NCBI GenBank assembly: GCA_965612795.1
Contig: CBFDTI010000003.1
Location: 1-54,334 of the forward strand
Source of the DNA: an uncultured bacterium
GTDB taxonomy: Bacteria; Hydrothermota; UBA3073; NMUJ01
Direction of reading: 5' to 3'
Length of the DNA: 54,334 bases
Under the pieces are notes generated by a model, which did no database searches, had not been told where the DNA came from, and was given only the letters and a program-made list of their open reading frames with translations. The position numbers were made by a program, and so were the translations under genes. How positions within the stretch are numbered: position 1 is the stretch's first letter; each line of letters starts with the position of its first letter. Below are positions 47,067 to 54,334 of the stretch, one piece after another.

Positions 47067-47828
47067 ATGGGCAAACCGGCAAAACCTAAAGATAAAGAAG
47101 TTGAGGAGCTTGCACCTGGCCTTTACGTGGTGGGTACACCTATAGGTAACCTCAAAGATATAACGTTGAGAGCAATCGAAACCTTAAAATCCGTAGATGT
47201 GATCGCATGCGAAGATACTCGTATAAGCCAGAAGCTGCTCAACCATTACGGTATAAGTAAGCCACTCATATCGTATCATGAACATAACAAGGAGGAGCGT
47301 AGCCACGAGATCATACGTATGATAGAAAGAGGTAAACGTGTAGCATTGATATCAGATGCGGGTATGCCAGGTATATCGGATCCTGGGTTCTACATCATAC
47401 GTGAGATGCGTCGACATGGGTTACAGGTTACGGTGATACCTGGGCCGACTGCTTTTGTAGCAGCTTTGGTGGTGTCAGGCTTACCGACAGATAAGTTTGT
47501 GTATGAGGGGTTCCTACCACGACGTGAGGGTAGACGCAGAAAGCGGTTAGAGCAATTGAAGGACGAACCCCGCACGATAGTGTTTTACGAATCACCATAT
47601 AGGGTGGTGAGGTTACTGAACACTTTACTGGAGATATTGGGTGACCGTCACGTATTTATAGCACGTGAGTTGACGAAGAAGTTTGAACAGTTCATCTATG
47701 GTAAGATATCGGAGGTTATCGAACATTTTGACAAACAACCGCCAAAAGGTGAGTTCGTCGTTATTGTTGAAGGTAAAGCACAATGGGAGAAATCTTCGAA
47801 AAAGGGCGTAAGCTCATACGATGGATAG
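47067..47828 (+). CDS. rsmI: 16S rRNA (cytidine1402-2'-O)-methyltransferase
   Basis: LYVVGTPIGNLKDIT.RA, ACEDTR, SDAGMPGISDPG, FYESPYR, ARELTKKFE, KGEFV. Confidence 0.96.
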   Translation: MGKPAKPKDKEVEELAPGLYVVGTPIGNLKDITLRAIETLKSVDVIACEDTRISQKLLNHYGISKPLISYHEHNKEERSHEIIRMIERGKRVALISDAGMPGISDPGFYIIREMRRHGLQVTVIPGPTAFVAALVVSGLPTDKFVYEGFLPRREGRRRKRLEQLKDEPRTIVFYESPYRVVRLLNTLLEILGDRHVFIARELTKKFEQFIYGKISEVIEHFDKQPPKGEFVVIVEGKAQWEKSSKKGVSSYDG

Positions 47829-48355
47829 TTGAGCCGCTCGCACGTAGGAATGTCAACCCCAACATCCTCACCATTATAGGGTGTATAGTAACAAGTGGTG
47901 CAGGTTTACTATTTGCGTGTGGATGGTTCAGATTGGCAGCATTGGTGCTATTGTTGGGCTCTATATGGGATGCGATAGATGGTGAAGTTGCACGACTTGA
48001 GAATAAGGTGACAAAATTTGGTGCATACCTGGATTCAGTTACCGACAGGATAGCAGAGATAGCAGTATTTGCAGGCATAATTTACTACTACATGGGGATA
48101 TCGAAGCTGTTCGCAACACTATCAGTAGTCGCATTATGTGGGGGGTTGCTTGTCAGTTACACCAGGGCACGCGCGGAGGGGTTAGGTGTCACCTGTAAAT
48201 TAGGGGTGGGTGTCCGTCCCTTAAGAATATTTCTGCTGATAGCTGGGGGGGTTGCCAAACGGCCAACCTTTGATTATATTATAATAGGATATATACTGGT
48301 GACATATTTCACGGCAGGCGAACGTATCGCCTTTACTCGACGTAAATTAAGCTAA
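47783..48355 (+). CDS. CDP-alcohol phosphatidyltransferase, probably phosphatidylinositol-phosphate synthase type
   Basis: D-x2-DG-x2-AR-x8-G-x3-D-x3-D motif (DAIDGEVARLENKVTKFGAYLDSVTD), NPNILT, VSYTRARAEGLG; directly upstream of ino1. Confidence 0.85.
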   Translation: MGEIFEKGRKLIRWIVEPLARRNVNPNILTIIGCIVTSGAGLLFACGWFRLAALVLLLGSIWDAIDGEVARLENKVTKFGAYLDSVTDRIAEIAVFAGIIYYYMGISKLFATLSVVALCGGLLVSYTRARAEGLGVTCKLGVGVRPLRIFLLIAGGVAKRPTFDYIIIGYILVTYFTAGERIAFTRRKLS

Positions 48356-48373
48356 TAATCGAAAGGAGGCAAC

Positions 48374-49450
48374 ATGAGGAAAATCCGGGTAGCTATTGCG
48401 GGAGTAGGTAATTGCGCATCCAGCCTTGTGCAGGGTGTGTTCTACTACAAAGATGCCAGGGAGGACGAGTTTATACCTGGCATCATGCATGTGAGATTTG
48501 GCCCCTATCATATTGGGGATATTGAGTTCTCGGCGGCTTTCGATGTCGATGCCAACAAGGTAGGTAAGGACCTCGCTGAGGCGGTATTCACCGAGCCCAA
48601 CAACACCCATAAGTTTGCGGATGTACCGAAGTTAGGTGTAAAGGTGATGCGTGGCCCCACACTGGATGGGCTTGGTAAATTCCTACGCCCGATCATAAAA
48701 GAGTCGGACGAACCACCAGTAGATGTGGCGCAGGTGTTACGTGAAACTGACACGGATGTGTTGATAAACTACACACCGGTGGGTAGCGAGGAAGCTACTC
48801 GTTACTATGCGCAGGCGGCACTCGATGCAGGTGTGGCGTTCATCAACGCTATACCAGTGTTTATAGCAAGTGATAGTGAGTGGGAAGCAAGGTTCCGCGA
48901 TAAAGGGGTACCGATCATTGGTGACGATATAAAATCGCAGGTGGGTTCCACAATCGTACATAGGGTGTTGACGAAGCTGTTCCGTGATCGTGGTGTTAAA
49001 GTGCTACGTACGTATCAGTTGAATTTCGGTGGTAACACGGACTTTCTGAATATGCTCGAACATGAGCGGTTGAAATCCAAGAAGATATCGAAAACACAGG
49101 CAGTGACGGCGATGTTGAACCACAACTTAGATGATGACGATGTACATATAGGGCCATCGGATTATGTGCCATGGCTTACGGATAGGAAGTGGGCGTATAT
49201 AAGGATAGAGGGGCAGACGTTTGGTGACGTACCGCTTAACGTCGAGGTGAAGCTGGAGGTATGGGATTCACCCAACTCAGCAGGTGTGATGATAGACGCA
49301 ATACGTGCAGCTAAGATAGCGCTGGACAATGGTATAGGTGGTGCATTGCTTGGTCCTTCCGCGTACTTCATGAAATCGCCCCCTAAACAGTTTGACGATA
49401 ACGTAGCACGTGAGATGGTAGAGGAGTTCATACGCAAGTATGGGGCATGA
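48374..49450 (+). CDS. ino1: myo-Inositol-1-phosphate synthase
   Basis: [66 protein letters not shown]. Confidence 0.95.
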   Translation: MRKIRVAIAGVGNCASSLVQGVFYYKDAREDEFIPGIMHVRFGPYHIGDIEFSAAFDVDANKVGKDLAEAVFTEPNNTHKFADVPKLGVKVMRGPTLDGLGKFLRPIIKESDEPPVDVAQVLRETDTDVLINYTPVGSEEATRYYAQAALDAGVAFINAIPVFIASDSEWEARFRDKGVPIIGDDIKSQVGSTIVHRVLTKLFRDRGVKVLRTYQLNFGGNTDFLNMLEHERLKSKKISKTQAVTAMLNHNLDDDDVHIGPSDYVPWLTDRKWAYIRIEGQTFGDVPLNVEVKLEVWDSPNSAGVMIDAIRAAKIALDNGIGGALLGPSAYFMKSPPKQFDDNVAREMVEEFIRKYGA

Positions 49451-50072
49451 CCCCGGTCTATTAATAACGTTTGAAGGTATCGAAGGTAGCGGTAAAACCA
49501 CGCAAGCACAACGGTTGTACGAATATTTACGTGCGAAACACGGGGATAGGGTAATATTCACGTACGAACCTGGTGATACGGAGGTTGGCCGTCGCATACG
49601 TGAGATACTCATCGATAGGCGGTATGTGATGGATGCATGGACGGAGCTGTTCCTGTACTTGGCGGATAGGGTGGTACACGTGGAGCAAGTCATCAAGCCA
49701 GCCCTCGATGAAGGTAAGATCGTGATATCCGATAGGTATGCGGATTCGTCAGTTGCATACCAAGGGGCAGGTGGTATACCTATCGACACTATCAAGAAGT
49801 TCAACGAGGTGGCAACCTTTGGCATAAAGCCACAACTGACGGTGTTGCTGGATCTGCCTGTGGAAGAGGGGTTGACACGTCTGGATGAAAGGGATCGCAT
49901 TGAAGCAAAGGATGTGGAGTTTCATAAAACCGTACGCCGGTACTACCTTGAGTTAGCCAAGAGCGAACCCGAACGGTTTGTGGTGCTGGATGGTAGCAAG
50001 CCCGAAGATGAGATATTTGAAACAATTGTTGGTATTGTCGATAAATTATTAGTTGATCGGGATGCAGGTTGA
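49440..50072 (+). CDS. tmk: Thymidylate kinase
   Basis: [35 protein letters not shown]. Confidence 0.95.
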   Translation: MGHDPGLLITFEGIEGSGKTTQAQRLYEYLRAKHGDRVIFTYEPGDTEVGRRIREILIDRRYVMDAWTELFLYLADRVVHVEQVIKPALDEGKIVISDRYADSSVAYQGAGGIPIDTIKKFNEVATFGIKPQLTVLLDLPVEEGLTRLDERDRIEAKDVEFHKTVRRYYLELAKSEPERFVVLDGSKPEDEIFETIVGIVDKLLVDRDAG

Positions 50073-51117
50073 GCGTGCGCCATCACGTGTGTGTCTGTTT
50101 GGTGAGCACCAGGACTATCTGGGGTTACCAGTTATTGCACAGGCTATAGATCTGTACTTTGAGATAAAAGCGACACCACGCGATGATACGATATTCCATA
50201 TCGAGAAACCCGACACCGGTGAGGTAGAGGAGTTCGATCCCACCAAACCCATCAAGTACACGAAAAGACGTGATTACCTCAAAGCAGCTGTCAAGGTGTT
50301 GAAGCGTGACCTCACCGTGAAGTTCGATAAGGGGTATAACTTTGTGCTACACAGCGATATACCAATAGGTGCGGGTTGTGGTAGCTCATCTGCTATGTTA
50401 GTCGCATGGATACGATTGCTGCTTAAGCTTACAGATAGCCCGTTTAAGGAGCTACCATATCACATAGCGAGGTTGGCATATAAGGCTGAAGTGATAGAGT
50501 TTCGTGAACCCGGTGGGATGATGGATCACTACACAGCGGCGATGGGTGGGTTGCTATTTCTCGATTTCAGGCATTATCCAGTGAAAACGGAACGGCTACC
50601 GAAACCTGTCGATGGTATTGTGTTGGTAGATACAGGTGAACGCAAAGATACGTTGAAGGTACTACGTGAGGTACGTGTGATAACGGAGAGGGGTGTGAAG
50701 CTATTGGAGAAAATTGACCCAAAGTTTAAACTACAGGAAACATCTCGAGAGGGGATCGAACTTCAGCTCAAAAGGCTACCGAAAAGGGTTGGCGACGTTA
50801 TACGTTTACAATTATGTAATCGCGATATTACACTTAAAGCATATGAGATGCTGAAGTCTGGTAGCTGGAAGCCAACCGAATTAGGTGAGCTACTAACCCA
50901 ACATCACCACAACCTACGTGATATGGGGGTATCAACGAGAACCATCGATGAGTTGCTAGAACTTGCACTCTCACACGGTGCGTTGGGTGGTAAACTTAAC
51001 GGCAGTGGAGGTGGTGGCACGTTCTTCGTGTATGCACCCGGTAAGGAAGAGGAGATAGCTGAACTTATGCGTGAGAAAGGTGTCTCCTCCTACATCGTAA
51101 ATCCAGCAGTGGATTAA
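50062..51117 (+). CDS. GHMP-family kinase (galactokinase-like)
   Basis: APSRVCLFGEHQDY, IPIGAGCGSSSA ATP loop, GGMMDH, GGKLNGSGGGG; start set at ATG 50062. Confidence 0.85.
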   Translation: MQVERAPSRVCLFGEHQDYLGLPVIAQAIDLYFEIKATPRDDTIFHIEKPDTGEVEEFDPTKPIKYTKRRDYLKAAVKVLKRDLTVKFDKGYNFVLHSDIPIGAGCGSSSAMLVAWIRLLLKLTDSPFKELPYHIARLAYKAEVIEFREPGGMMDHYTAAMGGLLFLDFRHYPVKTERLPKPVDGIVLVDTGERKDTLKVLREVRVITERGVKLLEKIDPKFKLQETSREGIELQLKRLPKRVGDVIRLQLCNRDITLKAYEMLKSGSWKPTELGELLTQHHHNLRDMGVSTRTIDELLELALSHGALGGKLNGSGGGGTFFVYAPGKEEEIAELMREKGVSSYIVNPAVD

Positions 51118-52349
51118 CCCCTCTCCTCCTTGTATTTTCTCAACACATCAAGCGTATAGTCGATATCATATGGTGTATGGTCAGCATTTATCTGAAATCT
51201 TATCGTTTCATCACCTTTGGGTACAACAGGATAGTTGAGCCCTGTTGCAAGTATACCGTTATCGATCAGATAGTTTACCAAGTCGGCTGTTTTCTGCGTA
51301 TCACGTATAAGCAGCGGTACTATTGGGTGATCGCTCTGTATTGTTTCGTAACCTAAGCGGGTGACACCATCACGAAAACGTTTTGCCAATCCACGTAACC
51401 TTTTCAGTAGTTGCCGACCACGCTCACTATCGAGTATATCGATTGCTTTTAATGCGGTGGCTGCCTCAGCGGGTGTGAGTGGATTAGAGTATATGTAAGT
51501 TATCGCCGTCTCTTTAAGGTAATTGATAACCGTTTCTGATGACACAACGTAACCACCGTTGACACCAAACGCCTTACCAAGTGTACCAACGAGGATATCG
51601 ACACCATCTGCGTGCGTGTACTCCTCGGTACCTCTGCCGGTTTCACCAAATGCACCAACACCGTGGGAATCATCTACCGCAAGTATTATGTTCTCAGGAA
51701 ACTTATCATCGTAACGCTTGATGATCTCTGACATTTTATCCAATGGCGCATAGTCGCCACGCATGGAGAATACACCATCTGTCACAACAATCAAGCGATC
51801 AGCTTTACCGATACACTCCTTTATCTTGGCTTCAAAATCGTCCATATCGAGATGCTTGTAGATTTTCTTATCTTTCGGTCTTGCCAACCTTATGCCGTTT
51901 ATGATACAGTTATGGTTTAACTCATCACTTAGCACGATCGTCTCCTTTGTTATTAAAGACACAAGTACGGCAACCATCGCCGAGTATGCTGCACTGAATA
52001 TCATGCCATCCTCACGGTTATGGAAGCGTGCCAATCGTTTCTCAAGCGCACGATGTGGCTCAAACGTACCGCTGATAAATCTTACTGCACCAGGGCCGAC
52101 ACCAAACTCGCGTGCCGTTTTTTCTTCAACTTCTATCATCTCATCAAGCAGCGATAGCCCCAGATATGAGTTGGAATTCATCCTTATGAACTCCTTATCA
52201 CCAAACCCCTTCAGGAAATACCGTGGCCCTTTGTCACCCTCGGGTTTCTTCACCTTGGTGATAATGAACTCCTTACCTTTGGCTCTACCAGATGCTTTTA
52301 GTTCATCCAACTCATTTGCTAACACTTTTTCGAGCTTAGTTAACCCCAT
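51114..52349 (-). CDS. kbl: PLP-dependent alpha-oxoamine synthase, probably 2-amino-3-ketobutyrate CoA ligase
   Basis: NSYLGL, AVRFISGT, SDELNHNCIING.RL, TDGVFSM.GD, DDSHGVG, GTLGKAFG (PLP Lys), YPVVPKG. Its stop shares TTAA with the convergent GHMP kinase stop. Confidence 0.75.
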   Translation of the reverse strand: MGLTKLEKVLANELDELKASGRAKGKEFIITKVKKPEGDKGPRYFLKGFGDKEFIRMNSNSYLGLSLLDEMIEVEEKTAREFGVGPGAVRFISGTFEPHRALEKRLARFHNREDGMIFSAAYSAMVAVLVSLITKETIVLSDELNHNCIINGIRLARPKDKKIYKHLDMDDFEAKIKECIGKADRLIVVTDGVFSMRGDYAPLDKMSEIIKRYDDKFPENIILAVDDSHGVGAFGETGRGTEEYTHADGVDILVGTLGKAFGVNGGYVVSSETVINYLKETAITYIYSNPLTPAEAATALKAIDILDSERGRQLLKRLRGLAKRFRDGVTRLGYETIQSDHPIVPLLIRDTQKTADLVNYLIDNGILATGLNYPVVPKGDETIRFQINADHTPYDIDYTLDVLRKYKEERG

Positions 52350-52370
52350 TGTAACCTCCTGATGGTTATA

Positions 52371-52397
52371 ACTCTATTGAGTTTATGGATTTGTCAA
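52371..52397 (-). promoter_or_regulatory. Putative promoter TTGACA-N15-TAGAGT
   Basis: Minus strand reads ttgaca aatccataaactcaa tagagt; aggagg RBS downstream. Confidence 0.55.
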
Positions 52398-52401
52398 TCA
52401 T

Positions 52402-53217
52402 TTAGCCTTTTCTACCACTACGCATGTAGGTTTCGATTATCGCACGTTGTGCGAACACAAATAGTATTATTATAGGTAAAGCAGCTATCGTTGATGCAGC
52501 CGCCAACAGCGTATAGTTGGTACTCTCCTCGTGTAGGAAGTAGCCCAACCCCACCTGCACCGTACGCATCCATGGGCTATTTGTCATCACCAATGGCCAT
52601 ATGAAGCTGTTCCAGCTGCTGACAGCTGAAAATATTGCAATAGCGGCAAGTGCAGGTTTGACCAACGGTAACGCTATACGCCAGAGTAACATGAAATGAT
52701 TACATCCATCGATAAGGCCTGCCTCATACAGGTCACGTGGTATGCTCTTAAAGTATTGACGTAGAAGGAAGATCGAAAATGTACTCGCTATCCACGGTAT
52801 GATGAGCGCTTTATAAGTGTCGATCCAACCCAACCTCGTAAGTATCAGATAATCCGGCACTATGTACACCGGCATGGGTATCATCATAGTTGCCAGTAAT
52901 AATAGAAATATACCACCCCTGCCGGGGAAGTTGAGCACCCCCAACGCATAACCTGCAAGTGCAGCCGTCACCAACACACCTACCGTACTACCTATGGTGA
53001 TTATGATACTGTTGAGGAAGTATCGGCCAAACGGTGCACTACGCCATGCGTGTACAAAGTTTTGCCACACCAAGTTATGTGGTATCCATGTGGGTGGAAA
53101 CTTTATCGCCTCAAGCGGTGTCTTAAGTGCGGTGGTCACCATCCAGTAAAATGGTAACACCATAAAAAACGCTATAATCGATAACCCCAGATAGATAGCT
53201 AAAATCCTAAACTTCAT
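52402..53217 (-). CDS. Carbohydrate ABC transporter permease (MalG/UgpE type)
   Basis: PFYWMVTTALK, YFLNS, EAA-loop 'IPRDLYEAGLIDG', SWNSFIWPL; ATG 53217 (alternative GTG 53226). Confidence 0.9.
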   Translation of the reverse strand: MKFRILAIYLGLSIIAFFMVLPFYWMVTTALKTPLEAIKFPPTWIPHNLVWQNFVHAWRSAPFGRYFLNSIIITIGSTVGVLVTAALAGYALGVLNFPGRGGIFLLLLATMMIPMPVYIVPDYLILTRLGWIDTYKALIIPWIASTFSIFLLRQYFKSIPRDLYEAGLIDGCNHFMLLWRIALPLVKPALAAIAIFSAVSSWNSFIWPLVMTNSPWMRTVQVGLGYFLHEESTNYTLLAAASTIAALPIIILFVFAQRAIIETYMRSGRKG

Positions 53218-54112
53218 AGTATACACGGCTTTCGATCACCCTACGTTGTAGGATCGTCATCGATATAAGTATTACAAACAATATGATCGATAGCGCACTC
53301 GCGTATCCATAACGTGAGAAGTTGAACGCATTCTCATAGATGTAATACACAAGTACGTTGGTGGTACCCAGCGGCCCACCAGGTGGTGGCCCCGTTATCA
53401 ACCACACAGGTGCAAATATCTGGAACGACAGTATCGTGCTAATTATCAGCAGATAAAATGTGGTAGGCGACAGCAACGGAAACGTTATCCTCCAGAACTT
53501 AACCCAACCCGTCGCACCATCTATGACAGCAGCCTCGTAATATTCACGTGGTATGGTTTGCAATCCCGCAAGGAAGATCACCACATCATAGCCGAGCGTC
53601 TTCCATACCATCAACACAATTATCGATACAAGTGCAAGGCTGGGCCCACCCGGGAACACGCTACGCCATTCGTTTAGCCATCCCAATCTCGGTAGATGTA
53701 GGATTGATAATATTCCATTGGCGAGCCCAAACCGCGGATGGTAGATCCAACGCCATACCACGGATATAGCCACTATTGAGGTGATTATCGGTAGAAAGTA
53801 CATTGCAAGATATACATTACGTCCCTTGGGTAGGGCATTCAACATCAATGCCACAGCTAGGGAGATTGCCATCGTCAATGGCACCGTACCCATGGAGTAC
53901 CATAATGTATTCTTAAGGCTTTGCCAGAACCTGAAATCCTGAAGTATCAACCCATAGTTTCTGAGCCCAATAAACCGCTCAGCACCTGCGATCCCCCATC
54001 GGAACATGCTCACCCTCAATGCATAGAAGATGGGTATAAAATGGAACGTCAACAGCACCACCAATGCTGGCAGTAGGTACAAGTAGGGAGCCCACCGGTT
54101 GCGGGTTGACAT
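53207..54112 (-). CDS. Carbohydrate ABC transporter permease (MalF/UgpA type)
   Basis: YLYLLPAL, FIGLRNY, FLAGLQTIPREYYEAAVIDGA (EAA loop), ITFPLLSPT, YGYASA. Confidence 0.92.
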   Translation of the reverse strand: MSTRNRWAPYLYLLPALVVLLTFHFIPIFYALRVSMFRWGIAGAERFIGLRNYGLILQDFRFWQSLKNTLWYSMGTVPLTMAISLAVALMLNALPKGRNVYLAMYFLPIITSIVAISVVWRWIYHPRFGLANGILSILHLPRLGWLNEWRSVFPGGPSLALVSIIVLMVWKTLGYDVVIFLAGLQTIPREYYEAAVIDGATGWVKFWRITFPLLSPTTFYLLIISTILSFQIFAPVWLITGPPPGGPLGTTNVLVYYIYENAFNFSRYGYASALSIILFVILISMTILQRRVIESRVYYEV

Positions 54113-54117
54113 AATTA

Positions 54118-54144
54118 AAGATACGTAACGTAATGGGTGGTCAA
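54118..54144 (-). promoter_or_regulatory. Putative promoter TTGACC-N15-TATCTT, 5 nt before the permease ATG (leaderless)
   Basis: Minus strand reads ttgacc acccattacgttacg tatctt taatt ATG. Confidence 0.55.
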
Positions 54145-54194
54145 CAAACGTTCATAAAGTGATCTTCACCTGCAGTTGCTTTCAGCTATGGTTC

Positions 54195-54334
54195 TTATTG
54201 CTTTTGTTTCTCAATCTTAATGTGCAACTCTCGAAGCTGTTCAGGGGTCACCTCGCCTGGTATACCCTCCATCAACCCCAACCCTGTCGTCGTCTTGGGG
54301 AACGCAATAAAATTCGGTATGTGGCGATCGCCCA
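54195..54334 (-). CDS. aspS: Aspartate-tRNA ligase, C-terminal fragment (gene enters from the window end)
   Basis: Manual translation GDRHIPNFIAFPKTTTGLGLMEGIPGEVTPEQLRELHIKIEKQKQ* resembles the bacterial AspRS C-terminus (IAFPKT...P..V..EQL.EL.I). Confidence 0.8.
   Translation of the reverse strand, partial: GDRHIPNFIAFPKTTTGLGLMEGIPGEVTPEQLRELHIKIEKQKQ

Noticed and set aside
1-54334. CRISPR arrays, tRNA/rRNA genes, IS elements, prophage genes
   Set aside because: No regularly spaced direct repeats, cloverleaf or rRNA signatures, transposase, integrase or phage structural motifs were seen; intergenic gaps are nearly all under 200 bp.

Overview
Gene-dense (about 45% GC) chromosomal window from a diderm bacterium. 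Five secreted proteins with T9SS/FlgD-Ig-type C-terminal sorting domains, a PorV-like barrel and a TonB-dependent receptor suggest an FCB-related candidate lineage such as WOR-3/TA06 (inference). It holds about 46 CDS. Housekeeping genes include tpiA-secG-rplU-rpmA-dprA, pyrK/pyrD, yidC-tsaD-purL, rsmI, ino1, tmk, nth, a kbl-like gene and the 3' end of aspS. I saw no rRNA, tRNA, CRISPR array or transposase. Main things to follow up: (1) ten intergenic promoters share TTGAnn-N15-TAnnnT, a 15-bp instead of 17-bp spacer, and several appear to drive leaderless mRNAs; (2) a translationally coupled pair of an ARPP-1/DUF6569-like gene and an intact Ser/Thr kinase-UvrD/PcrA helicase fusion; (3) a 13-kb starch-utilisation locus with no SusD (TBDR, 1107-aa unknown secreted protein, PorV-like barrel, CBM20-like binder, multidomain GH13); (4) an operon of a gamma-glutamyl hydrolase, an unknown protein and a GCS2 ligase; (5) a highly structured 150-nt intergenic element after the ferredoxin gene. 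All family calls come from motif recognition by eye; no searches were run.
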